Both the position numbers and the translations under genes were made by a program. DNA of 64,000 nucleotides from Lama guanicoe (Eukaryota), in contig MU053754.1 in NCBI GenBank assembly GCA_013239625.1, positions 1,407,966-1,471,965 of the forward strand, given 5' to 3'. The notes below the pieces were generated by a model. The model saw only the letters and a list, made by a program, of their open reading frames with translations, had not been told where the DNA came from and did no database searches. Each line of letters opens with the position of its first letter. The first letter of the stretch is position 1. Of the stretch, positions 52,020-64,000 are shown one piece after another.

Positions 52020-52680
52020 TAGAACATCTCCCCTTTCCTCTTCCTGATTCAGATGGTGTGCCTTCTGCCTCATCTTGGGTCCTCCTGGCCTCATCTGTCC
52101 CTGAGGCTGTCGGCCACACATCGGCCTAGCCAGCCCTGCAGTGGCCAATGTGAGGAGCTTAGGCTGACCTCCGGGCGCAGTTTGACAACACCTTGCCTCA
52201 CGCCTCACTTGGCACCTTTGCCACGTAAGATAACACACGCACCATTTCAGGACATCTCTGAGGGAGGCCATTACCCTCCCTACCACATTCCCCTCTCCCT
52301 GGTCTCCTGCTTCCCTGGGATCACGCTTCTCAATACGATATTTCCACATATGCCATTGGTTCAAGGTCCACTTCCTAGAGAATCTGACCTAAGACAGCTG
52401 GCACCAACAGCGGCCTCAGGAAGAACACCCTGAGGATAGGATTTTGGAAGTGGGTGGCCAGTCTGACAGCAATAGGGACCTGATCACTGATCATAAACAG
52501 GGTAGTGATCACTCCTGGCATGTAAGGACATCACAGCTATGGCTTCACCTGTGGTTAATGGAGAGGAGGCACAGGTGGAAGGTCAGGTGTGGCGAGGGGA
52601 CAGTGATAGTTAGAACGGTTAAGTGCAGGAGGAATTCTCTTGATGGCATTAGAAGCTTCGCAAGAAATTTAGAGGCTCAG
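52020..52680 (+). mobile_element. LTR16-like LTR joined to the start of an ERV3-16A3-like internal region
   Basis: LTR ends 'cttcctagagaatctgacctaagaca' (52396), then 'gctggcaccaacagcggcctcaggaagaacaccctgaggataggattttggaa...cactcctggcatg...cacctgtggtt'; LTR 5' boundary uncertain. Confidence 0.6.
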
Positions 52681-55093
52681 GGAAGCTATCCACCAATTTG
52701 GGACACTCATCTCCAGTAACCACTGGGCAGAATGTGCTGAAAATGAGGCCCAGCTTCTCATTTGACAGATGACAGAGCTGCAAGAGACTGAACATGCAGC
52801 CTGACTTCCGAGTCAAAGGCACAGCCTTCATGAGAAAAGAGTGGGGCTCTGAGACAGAGAAGAGGGAAATTCACCTGGACCAGCCTGAGCATCTCGACCC
52901 CCATGTTCCCAGAGCACTCTGGGCTCCCAGAAGCAGCCCTACTCCCTGCTGTTGGGACAGACGAGCTACCCTCACCCAGGGACCTCACAACGGCCAGACT
53001 TGAGGTAGTGTCCGCCAGATGCTGCCGCTCTTCTTGCTGATGGAAGGTTCCCTCGATCTCTGCAGAGCCTTCAAAGGCTCTATCCACTCAGTCCTCTCTG
53101 AGTGGGCGGTCTCAGACAGGGCACCTCCTGGAAAGCCCTTCTAGACACACATTCTCTCCTCCCCATCTTGGGCCCCCGACAAATATTTTCTAATTCCTTG
53201 GGAGAGCTGCCTCTCCTCAATCCACAAACTTGCCCAAATTTTCTATCCAGAAAGAGCCTACTGTTTTCCCTAGGATCTGCAGCTCCTGGAAGCCAAAGCC
53301 CAGCAGTAATGTTCCTGTTCTCCTTTGCTTTGTGCAGTGGGGCAATGAGCTCACAAGAACCTCGCTGCTTAAATGTGGGAAAGGAGAGATAAGGGAACAG
53401 TCAGGAGGGAGATATGCAATTTCAAAGAATATGGACACATCACTGTGGAAATAAATGGAAAAGTGATGCAGGCACACACGAGTCCAAGAGAAGAGCAGAA
53501 CTCCTGGCCAGAGCTAAATTCTCTATGAAGACATCTAACCCGACACACTGGCTGGACTGCAGGTCACTCTTTTCCATTGAATTTAAAACAGGATGTAAGC
53601 AAAGCAAAACTGAGAGGGAGAGACAAACCGATCCAAGCAGCTCAGCATCACCTCGATTCCTTCTTGGTAATTTCTGAAAGGCTCTTTCAGATAACACTGA
53701 CTCAAGTTCCTCTAATTATTACCTATCCCCATGGAATGACATGGGCTCCAATATCTTTCAGGTGAAATTTTTTTTTTGATTGTCCTGTTTCAAAAGTATG
53801 TCACAAGTCTTCACTGAAAGACTTTCGTAATACCTAGGAAGCCGCCTGTCTGTAAATGGAAACAAAAACATGTATTGGGAAATGACTTTCACAGGCCCCA
53901 CATAAATGCACATCTTTATCCTGCACATCCAGTCCTCGTCACACGATCATTTAGCATTCACACCGTCATCCTGGAACAGCACTACCCTAGGAAGGTATAC
54001 ACAATACCCTAAAATTTAAATGCCAGTTTGAACGTGTACTGACATCAGGACTATTACATGAGTGTCCCAAAATCCACGCTGCAAATATAAACCACATTTT
54101 GCTACGTTAATTTGTTCACAGCCCCAAAAGCAACCATCCATCAGCTATTAATTAAAAGAGATTTGGGGGCAATCCAGATCCCTTCAACTATATATTATAG
54201 CTGCCAAGAGTCGCAGTGGAATAGTTTATCTTCAGCCCAAAGTCTCATTTCATTCATGAAATAATATAAGTTGATCCCTTACAAAAACAAAATAGAAGTT
54301 GGAGTCTTCCCAAAAGTTTTATGAATGTGGACTGGAAAGCTCACCATCTGGAGAATTTTCCTTCCAAGCTCTCCACGGCTTTAATCATCATGTCTAATAA
54401 ACAAGCGGGACTGATCAGAGCTGAACAACGGAGCATGTCCTGTCAGGGGAACCCAAAGGCACCGTCTCATGAGGACCGGCCTGAGATGAGCTGGAAGGCA
54501 TGGATTCTTTGAGAGCCAAACAATCATGAGCTTCACAGCCCTCATGAAATGGAAAATTGACACGTTTTCCACCTAAGTATTAGCACACATTCAAGCTATT
54601 TCTTATAAAGAGGAAATTAAATTGTGTTTATCAGTCACATTTGACAACTGTCTGGAAATAGGCTGGGATGCAGCAAATCTCAGCAAAAGCCTCCTCGTAT
54701 TCACCAAACAATGGGAACTTCAGCCAAGAACAATGAACATTGTATCCGGGGCTGACAAGAGCTGAAACACAGCCATCCTGTCTGCCAAGCTATCTTATCT
54801 TTTCCATTATAAACGCAGGATTATCTGGTATTTTCGTGAGTCATTTTCCTGGAATAAACTAAAGAATGGATTTAAGTAAATTATCTTTAATGTATATAAA
54901 GTGAAAATAAATCTGTATGTCTTAGAAAGAGACATATAATCCAGACGGATATCCTGCTGAGATGGATAGATGGATGACAGATAGATGGATATATATGTTC
55001 ACATACATCTATAAGTATAGTATATATGAATATCTTCACATAGATCTATAAATGTAAACATATATGAATACTTCAAATTTCACTTTCAAAATG

Positions 55094-55255
55094 TATATTG
55101 TACAGCACGATGGAATATAGCCAATATTTTATAACTATAAATGGAGTACAACCTTTAAAAATGATGAATCACTATGCTGTACACTTGAAACATATAATAT
55201 TATATACATCAACTAAACCTCAAAAAGTTTTAATAAAAATAAAATTTAAAAATAG
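55094..55255 (+). mobile_element. L1 3' end fragment
   Basis: 'ttgtacagcacgatggaatatagccaatattttataactataaatggagtacaacctttaaaaatgatgaatcactatgctgtacac'. Confidence 0.85.
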
Positions 55256-57467
55256 TTTATCCATGTATCACATACTTGTCTGAGCACAATGAGAATCCAG
55301 GTTATAGACACCAAAGAAATATTAAAGGAACTGAAATCTTCATTGTACACAAACACAAGCCAGAAACCATTTTTAATAATTTACAATGCAGGGGACCAAG
55401 AGCTTTTCCGTTTCTGACCTGTCAGTGGAAATTTTCATCTCTCAGCCCCTCCCCACCTAAGACCCAAGGCTGGCCTGCCTCCTCACACACTTCTCTGCAC
55501 ACGTGAGGTGGCTTCAGTTGTAAAGCCAAGGAACCATCTCCAGTGGGAACGCAGCTGGGCTCAATAAAGAAAAGCCTTTGAGATGGTGAAATGCAAAGAC
55601 AGAGCCTCCATAAGCAACACCATTTGACAGCAGCATGGTCTAATGCTAAATTGCACGGCTATATAAAATAAACAGATTTTGTAACAATTTCTTGCCGATA
55701 CTCAATGGTTTATACTTTTGACCGCTGGACCTCTGTTTCTTTCTAGCTATCCTTTTGACAGCCTTGCTTTCTTTGATCCTATGTTACCAACCGTGCTGGA
55801 TTTTTCACCCTGCCTATCGCCTTCACACACGCCAAGGGATTTGGGTCTACAATGCTCTCTCTTTGCCAACATCCTGTTTGGATTATTGATAGAGAGGCAG
55901 GATCTCTGGAAAGCTCTCATCTCTGAAAGAGTTGTCAGGCTGCAGTTTTGCAAACTGCAGAGCAAACAATTCAATATTTACGCTCCTTCTATCGACACTG
56001 AGTAAATTAGACCCTGGAATACCTGCATTATCCAAACCATCTGCCTCACTGCATTTTAAAAAATGAGTAGGTGGGGGAAATTTATGAGCATTTTTCTCTT
56101 ATCTCTCGTTGCCAGGGAAACTACTATGTTTTTGTTAGGGATAATCCTAGCATCTCAAAAGAACCAGGACACAGCCTTCCTTCCCCTCTTTCTTGAAACT
56201 GAAATCTGTGTCTTCCCCAGAGAGCTTTCTCCTAAGTCACACTGGCCACTTGGTCCCCAAGGACATTATGAGATTCCAAGCTAGTCGAAAACATGCTGGG
56301 CTGAAATGTGCTGTTTGCATTTCACCATCAGCCTGTACCAAACGGGGGGGGGGGGGTCCACAAAGTTTATCTCAAAAAACGAAATGACTGTTTCCACCCG
56401 GTGTGTTTTATAAGGGGTTATTTTGTCATTTGTGCCAACGAGACGCGAGGGAAACAAAAAGGTTCATTCTGCCCCCATCAAACCGGAAGCCGTTTTACTG
56501 AAAGAACCCCTTGTGTGATGAGACAAAATAAAAAATAATTCTGTTCAGTTCCACAGGGCTTTCTGCCTGAAAACATAAAAGAGAGCCCGCAGGCAGAGCG
56601 GGAAACTGCCCACAGATTTCAGACCCTCGGAGGTCTTGGAAAACATCACTCCTCCACGTACGCAGCCCACATCTCACCAGAGGAGAGAACAGGCTAAAAA
56701 GAACTCTTCAAATACAGCATCTGTGGATGGTGAGCTTGCTTGTTTCAGGGCAGCATAAATCCCCAGGAGCACATTTTGTCCCAGGAAGGCAACTGTGCCC
56801 AGAACGGAAAATGGCTGTGGACAACCCAGTGACTCTCATTCTGCTTTGGGAGACAATCTGATTCCACCCTCATCAACAACAGATTTGCATATTCATTTAC
56901 GGAACACTGGTTTTCATTCTCTGAAGCTGCAGCTGCTGTTAGGGAAACGGGTGTGGTCCACATCCAGCTTCAGTTTTTCTGCTCCAAAATCCTCAGAGCA
57001 GAGAATTTCTGCATGCAGTTGAGCAACGCGGCCCCGACACTAAACAAGGACAGGCATTAAAAGACTTTCCGCCTTATGCTTGGTGTGACGTCCAAGAAAG
57101 CAATCAAAGAGGGAAATGGTCAAGGATTCCAGCCGGTGATGGCAAAAAGAAGTCATCATTGAATCTGAGATTACAAATGGCTGAGGAAAAAAACTGTACT
57201 TTGACCCATCCCTCCCCCTATTTATAATAAGCAGGAAAATTAGTGCAAAAGGGACCTGAAAGTTTAACTGCAGTTTTTAATGTGAACTAAACTGCACACA
57301 TATAGCTCAATGCCTCCCACAGTCAATGCCACCGGCGGCCAACATGTATTAGACCAACATGAGACCCATGCATGGGGCTTACTAACTTGTTTCCCTTTAT
57401 TAAATTACCAACAGCAAAGTTAGGTAAGCATGTAAAAATTATCATCAAGACCCGGTTACATGTGTGA

Positions 57468-57632
57468 GAGCAACTCAGTGGGTGGTCTGTGGGCCAGATA
57501 GGCACCAGCGAGGAGCCTATAAGAAATGCATATGCTCAGGCCCCGTCCCAGACCCAACAGATCAGATTCAAGGGGTGGGGGTCCATGCAACTGTGTTTTA
57601 ACACGTCCCCCAGGTGAGACTGAGAAGTGCTA
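57468..57632 (+). mobile_element. MER5A (left arm of inverted pair)
   Basis: 'gtggtctgtgggccag...agaaatgca...ctcaggccccgtcccagacc...ctgtgttttaacacgtcccccaggtga'. Confidence 0.8.
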
Positions 57633-57989
57633 CATGCCAAACCCCCAATGACCTCTTTTCTGTCACTTTGGTTATTACATACATAGATTAGATACATTTC
57701 AAGTCTAGTATCATGTACAGTATGTCCAGGTCACAGGTATACAACATTAGCCAAGATTCTATTTAAAAGGCATTAACTCCACAGGCCACAATTTACTGAA
57801 TCCTTGAAGCAGACAAAAAAAAAAGGAGGAAATAATAAGGGAAAAGGTGAAAGTAATTACATTAAAAAATCATGCTGCCATTAAATATGTTGTTTGAGAT
57901 GATATGTAAAAATATGGAGAAATACAATATTAAACTTAAAATGAAGAATACAGAATTACGCATTTGGTGTGAGCACAATTTTTTGCAGT

Positions 57990-58160
57990 GTAACACTTTT
58001 CAGACTGGAGAGTGCGTCAGTCTCACCTGGGGACGTGTTATAATATAGATGCATGGACCCCACCTCTCGAATCTGATCTGTTGGGTCTGGGACAGGGCCT
58101 GAGTATATGCATTTGTAACAAGCTTCTAGCTGGTGCCTAGCTGGCCCATAGACCACACAT
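57990..58160 (-). mobile_element. MER5A (right arm of inverted pair)
   Basis: Reverse complement aligns to 57482-57623 at about 87% by manual alignment. Confidence 0.8.
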
Positions 58161-58750
58161 AGATTTTTTTTTTTAAAGACTGAAAAGAGATTCCCTGAAA
58201 TGTTAGCAGTTAATGTCTTTGAGTGGTAGAAACAACAAATGATTTTGTTCCCCTCTCTTTTTAATGTCGTCTTTCATAATTTTTGATCATATTGATGGAG
58301 GTTTTGCTCTTTTAATGGAAAAAAAAACACTTTCAAATACACATGAAGGCAAGACCATTCTGTAACTTGCTAACACAAAGATAAAGTAGTTGCACCATCT
58401 TTCATCATCAAGGTTCTACTCGGGTTGACGTGCTCCAGATGTGAAGCAGAACTCTCTCCCCAGTTTGCTACTAACAGACAGATACAGTGATATTATTTTA
58501 CTAGACCATGCTGTGGAGTACATCACACACATTAGGAAATGATCCTGACAGCCTAGAAACAGTCCGGGCAGGGGTGGGGGGCAGGGTGGCTTGGAAATCA
58601 CATAGCTGTCCAAATGGGTTTCATTATAAAAGGGAGGACCATTCAGTTCAAGACAGCTATACATAATTTATCCTTCCTGTCTTCTGCTCTAGGTCTCCCC
58701 CACTACCTGAGAATGAAGGACAGTTGGGGAAACCTAGGGACACAACTCTT

Positions 58751-59188
58751 CCTTTCCCCCTGTCAAATATAAATTTTTACTGAAGTATAGTCAATTTACA
58801 ATGTTACATTAGTCTCTGGTGTATAGCATGGTGATTCAGTTACACACACATACAGACACACACGCATATTATATATTCTTTTTCATTATAGGTTACTACA
58901 AGGTGTTGAATAGTTCCCTGTGCTGTACAGTAGGACCTTGTTGTTTATCTATTTTATATATAGTAGTGGGTATCTGCTAATCCCAAACTCCCAATTTATC
59001 CCTCTCCCCTACTCCCCCCTGGTAACCGTAAGTTTGTTTTCTATGTCTGTGAGTCTGTTTCTGTTTTGTAAATAAGTTCATTTGCCACAACACGGATGGA
59101 CCTAGAGATTATTGTACTAAGTGAAGGAAGCCAGAAAGAAAAAGACAAATACCACATGATATCACTTAAATGTTGAATCTAAAACAAT
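58751..59188 (-). mobile_element. 5'-inverted (twin-primed) L1 insertion with 12-bp TSD
   Basis: Minus-strand 3' end at 58772-59083 abuts the adjacent upstream L1 segment in plus orientation at 59084-59190; TSD GACACAACTCTT at 58739-58750 and 59189-59200. Confidence 0.92.
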
Positions 59189-60289
59189 GACACAACTCTT
59201 AAATCAAGTGATTTCTTGACTAGTTCCCTAGCTAGCGATGTTCTTCAGCTTAAAACCAACCCTGCTGTTTCCACTCTTCAAATCTGGTGATCTCAGAAAA
59301 GCAGACGTCAAACAGTATTCAGAGGAATAGGAAAAGTGATTCTCCAAAATTCCACAAAAGACTGATTTAACTTTGAAAATCTTCTGGCTGCCTCAAAGGA
59401 GCCTCCCACAGAATGATTTCTTAAGTGAAATGACGCCTGCTTTTCCATTGCATCGGTGCCATTGGTTATAAAGAAAGAACGAGAGGCACCAAGGGGCGCC
59501 GATGAACAGGGTTTGGGCTTTAGACTCAGACAGAACAGGACCGGAGTCTGGGATCTACTTAACGTGAGTCCCTGCTCTGTGGTTCAGTGGGTGTTCAACA
59601 TGTTATTTAGTGAAGGGAATAACAAAGAAAGCAAAGGCCATGATGGACCAATGAAAATAGCATGTCTAGTTCTATGCATTTGAATCTTATAAATTCTACT
59701 TAAGATGGACAGAACTTTCAAGTTCCTCAAGAAAAGGCCATCCTTTCCTCTCAAGGATGTTCTAAGACTTAGAAAGAAATGGAATCAGGAGAGGGGCCTC
59801 AAGTTATTGAAGAGTGGTTAAGGGTGGGCCTGTGGGGTAGTGGGGTGAAAGTTTACTAAGTTATAGAAGTAAAAAAGTGAAACGAAGAGTCGTAATGTCT
59901 AAGCTGTGGAGAAAAACAACAGAAAGAAAGGCCGATGGGTGGGAGTTTGAGAGTTAATAAGATACAATAAGCACAAAGTTCACAGTTGGAGGACCACCTG
60001 GCTGAAGACTGGACATTCCCACAACAGTGTAATGCCAGCACTTCCAACTGTCTACAGAACTCCATTTGAAGTAAATCTCTGAAGATTTCTAGCTCCAATT
60101 AACACCTATACTTCATTTCACATGTATTTTTAAAAATGTTTATCTCCACATTTTCCTTTGAAATTTCCTTTGAATTTTATTTCCACCTTTTCCTGAAAAG
60201 AGGGAAAAAAGAAAAACAAAATTCACATCCCAAAAGATGCTGTCACTGCTTGAAAAAAACAGAGATGTACCAAAGTGATAATAATTTTT

Positions 60290-60500
60290 TTGCATTTATT
60301 GAGCAATTACTAGGTGCCCCACAGTCTGTGGAATATTTTGTTTGGGAGTTTATTTAAGTCCTGCTGCACTGAGGTAGGGGCTCTCATTATCTCTTGGGAA
60401 GTATTAGATGGAGAAGCCTAGGGACAGGTTAGATCTCTGTGAAGATGGCGAATCTGACTGAGTTATCTGCTGCCGGAGCCCATTTTCTTATCTGCCCCAC
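60290..60500 (-). mobile_element. MIR SINE (diverged)
   Basis: 'catttattgagcaattactaggtgcc...gaggtaggggctctcattatctc...agatggagaagcctagggacaggttag'. Confidence 0.6.
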
Positions 60501-62739
60501 AGTCACTGGGACGGAGAGAAGGCAAGCTAGTAGGACCCCACACTCCACTCAACGCCCTGGCAATATTCTGGGCAATGTTAACAGTTCCCTAGGGTCACTC
60601 TAGCTGCCTGGCTTCTTCTCTCCCTTAATCAGAGCTAGGAACCCAAATCTGAAATTGAAAAGGAAGGAAACAGTTAATGCAGTTCTCACTTCACCTTCCC
60701 ACACTGGTAAATGGATTATTTCTCTCACCCTTTGCATCACAAATGAGCACTCCATGGCTTTAACACATCGTGGACTCTGCGTACAAAAGAAATGCCCAAA
60801 CGATACGTGTTCAAGACCATGAGAGTCCAATTCACTCAGGCACTGATTGCTTGGTCATTTGAACGAGGGGCATCACTTCTTTTCATCGAAAGGATGAGAG
60901 TCAAAAAGATTAAATGCAGTTTGCTGAGGCCCTGAGAAACTTTGGATGATTACATAGTTCTCCTAGAATTATGTGAGAATGCTAGAATGTTAGGATGGGA
61001 GGTTGGGGGGCTTTTTAAAGTCCTGATGCCTACGCCACATCCCAGACTGTAACACCAGAATCCCTGGGCAGGCAGGCACAGGGACGAGGCTCCCCATCAC
61101 CCTGGGTTGTCATCACCCAGAAACACGGAGAGAATGAAAGATAATCGTAAGTGGGAAACAGCTGGCAAATATTCATTTTCAGTGAAGTCCAGGGAACAAA
61201 ATCAATTATCTCTATGTCTTACATTGAAAAAATTTAATTTTGGACATAGTGGTATGCACAAAGAGTACTTACTAACTAAGGAGAGGTTTCATTCAATTTT
61301 GATGCTTTTATCTCTCTTTAAGTTTTGATTCTTGTCCTAAAGAAAAGATTTCCACAAGGGCTCTCTGCCCTTTGTTACTTCTATGAAAGCACCAATGAGC
61401 ACTGACGGGAGACACAGATCAAATGGGCCCCTTTTACACTACCCGCCACCTTGTGGGAGTGGGCGGCGGGGGTGATTTTATCTGTGGAACTCGCTTGTTT
61501 TGGACTTTATCTTTCCTTTGAATGACTATGTTATCCCTATTAATTTTCCAAAGAATGCAGAGTACCATCCTAAGAATTGTTTAGGTTCCTAGAAAAGAAA
61601 AACAACCATCTTTCCCAAAATTTACATTACAAATTGCATTTCAAATCCAATGGGAAAGTCTGTTTATTTTTATTCAAATTATATCAATTTTTTTCCAGAA
61701 ATAAATTAAATTCCATTTTCCTCCTCAGCTTTTAAAAACAAAACTTTTCAAAAAAAAAAACCCGTGAGATAGTTCACATAAATATATCTTCGTTATATAT
61801 CTGCTCCATCCACCTCTATTTAGTAAAAATATATTTTGAAACACATTTATGCCTCGTATACAGTATTTCTATATACGCTGTTAGTACAGATAAATCTGGT
61901 TATCTGGATGTAACTGGATAACATGTACATGTAATTGCAAGTACCATTATATAGAGATACACATGTGAGACATTTTTTATATTTTATACTTTTCATATAT
62001 CATTTTATTTATGTAGATATGTTTGTGTACATTGATATACATTTCATGTACTCAAAATGATTCCAAGCAATGAAAGTGAGCATATAAACTCAGACAATTA
62101 CTTTGAGCAGGGACAAAGCTAAATGAACTTAAATTGATCTATTACTTTAAGATGATGATGGAGTGTTGTACTTAGTACAAAACAAGTTAACAAAAAGTAC
62201 TTCAGAAAACTTAGTTGTGCAGAGATTCAGAGTGATTTACCAAACCTGCTTATTTAAACCCATCTAAATCCCACTTGAGAGGCTCTAGATCTATGAAAAA
62301 GTACGGCTCAGGCAAGCTCCACTGGGGCCAGGATAGTGAGGACTCCCAGAGGACCAGGTTCTGTCTCTACCATCGGACAACAGCATCAAAAAGAGAAAGA
62401 GGCCCACAGCCAGGCTGTGTCCATCTCACTGGTCACTTCAGGCTACCTGGATTCATTCCCTTGACAAGTTATATTTCCAGCAGGCTTGAAGAATTATCTT
62501 GAATTTGAAATTAGGGAGGTAGGGACTGGAGACCTTTTCCAGTGCCTTCTGGGCATTACCACTCCATCTTGTTTCCCGCTGTGGTTGAGCTAGTTGCTGG
62601 CCCATCTGGGGACACTCAGGTACCCACACGTTTGTTGATGCTGGTATTGATCATCCAGACGGACCAACCGTATCTCTCCCATGAACCTCCCACCACCACG
62701 GGACACTCTGTCTAAAACTGCAACATCTCTCAGCCTGAA

Positions 62740-62960
62740 CATGCACCACCCACTCCACTTTTCTCCTTGCCACCTTATTATCTAAGATGCTGTGGGTGGT
62801 ACTTACTTATCATATAGATTTTTCTGACTCTCCTGATAGACTATAAGTTCCAAAAAGGCACGGATTTAGAACTGTTTGTTCACAGGCAAATTGCAAGTGC
62901 AGAGAACCGTGTCTGACAAACAGCAAGTGATCAATAAATATTTGTTGATTACATGAATAA
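62740..62960 (+). mobile_element. L2 3' end
   Basis: 'tagactataagttccaaaaaggcacggattt...gtgtctgacaaacagcaagtgatcaataaatatttgttgattacatgaat'. Confidence 0.7.
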
Positions 62961-63491
62961 TACCAGAATGCAATCTGATCGATGAAGACAAAAAAGGCAG
63001 GAGTGTAAGAGGAAAAGGGGAGAAAAATAAGCTTTGACAACGTTCAAATGGTTTGGCACCCAAGCCAATTTGTTTTCAGGGTGAAAAGGAGCCTCCACAT
63101 TCCTTCCAAACTTGTGGACCAGTCTTTAGTCATCTCCATGAGAATTTTCCAGAAGAAGCAGGCTTGGATGTAATCAGAGAATATGCCCAATGGCCCCAAT
63201 TAGCCTGAATTCCTGCCAGAATGAGAAACATTATGGTTTTGTTCATTTTCTTCTCTGTGTTTGAACTGGCATCAGTAGATGTAAATGTTGAAACTGATTT
63301 TATTCTAAATATACTCATATTTCCCAGGCTCTTGCCAATCTTTTTATAACCAGTTACTGACCAGCCTTCGCACACCGTGCTTACAGTGGTGTGTGTTTCT
63401 GTTCCACTTATTTCATGGACTAGCAGGACGAGCTGTTCTACCTACAAGTTGTGTATGTTTTTGTTCACTTACTTTACTGCGCGACCTAAGG

Positions 63492-63799
63492 CAGGGGTTG
63501 GCAAACTTTTTCTCTGCAGGGCAGACAGTAAATATCTGAGGTTCTGTGGGTCACACACCCTCTGCTGTAGCTCCAATGCAGCTGTGGACAATATGGAAAC
63601 AAGTGGGTGTGGCTGGGCACCAATAAAACTTTATTTTTATATAGGGCAGTTGAAATCTGATTTTTATCTAATTTTCACATTTCAGGAAATATTACGTTTT
63701 ACTTTTTTTAAAAAACTACTTAAATATGCTAAATGCATTCTTGGCCTATGGGCCATATAAAAACAGGCAGCCAGTAGGGGTATAGTTTGCCCACCCCTA
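63492..63799 (-). mobile_element. MER58B with TIRs and 8-bp TSD
   Basis: TIRs 'caggggttggcaaact' and 'agtttgcccaccccta'; TSD ACCTAAGG at 63484-63491 and GCCTAAGG at 63800-63807. Confidence 0.9.
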
Positions 63800-64000
63800 G
63801 CCTAAGGTAAACTGATTTCGTGAAGTGATTCTTAACCTAGAAAAGGTCCTTTACAGATCCTTCTTTGAGTTTCTATCCCCAAATGCAGATTACCACAGGA
63901 AAGTTCTTTTCAAACCCAGAGATGGAAGCTGCCCATGGCACAGGAAGCTAGATTCTCACCAGGGGACCTGAAAGTCACACGTTCACTGCTCTCTGCTCTC

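Noticed and set aside
51960..52433. Overlapping 134-aa and 126-aa ORFs
   Set aside because: Lie within a GC-richer LTR16-like relic; no gag/pol motifs recognised.
1..64000. A novel multi-gene or defence-type system
   Set aside because: No gene cluster, operon-like structure or intact coding sequence; nearly all recognisable structure is explained by known mammalian repeat classes.

Overview
This is mammalian nuclear DNA, not microbial, and most likely camelid (alpaca, llama or camel). The basis is two tRNA-Ala-derived SINEs resembling camelid Vic-1, plus cetartiodactyl-type L1 3' ends. The 64 kb is non-coding and intronic or intergenic. It is a patchwork of L1 (young and ancient), L2, MIR, MaLR/ERVL/ERV1 LTR relics and hAT-Charlie MITEs (MER5A, MER20, MER33, MER58), with microsatellites and some repeat-free stretches. 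I found no intact protein-coding gene, functional RNA gene or CRISPR array; the only ORFs with recognisable homology are broken L1 ORF2 pieces. Several strong splice donors on the minus strand suggest a large minus-strand gene with 5'/non-coding exons, but I cannot name it. I see no new biological system. The most notable structures are: (1) a 55-bp minisatellite with alternating 110-bp higher-order structure inside a MER58A; (2) an inverted MER5A pair sharing non-consensus changes; (3) a twin-primed, 5'-inverted L1 with target-site duplication (TSD); (4) nested insertions (L1 in SINE, L1 in L1 in MIR, L1 in the MER20 end); (5) two tail-only insertions; (6) a candidate exon with a 157-nt AG-free zone upstream. 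Repeat family names come from recalled consensus sequences, not a database search, and boundaries of old repeats are approximate.
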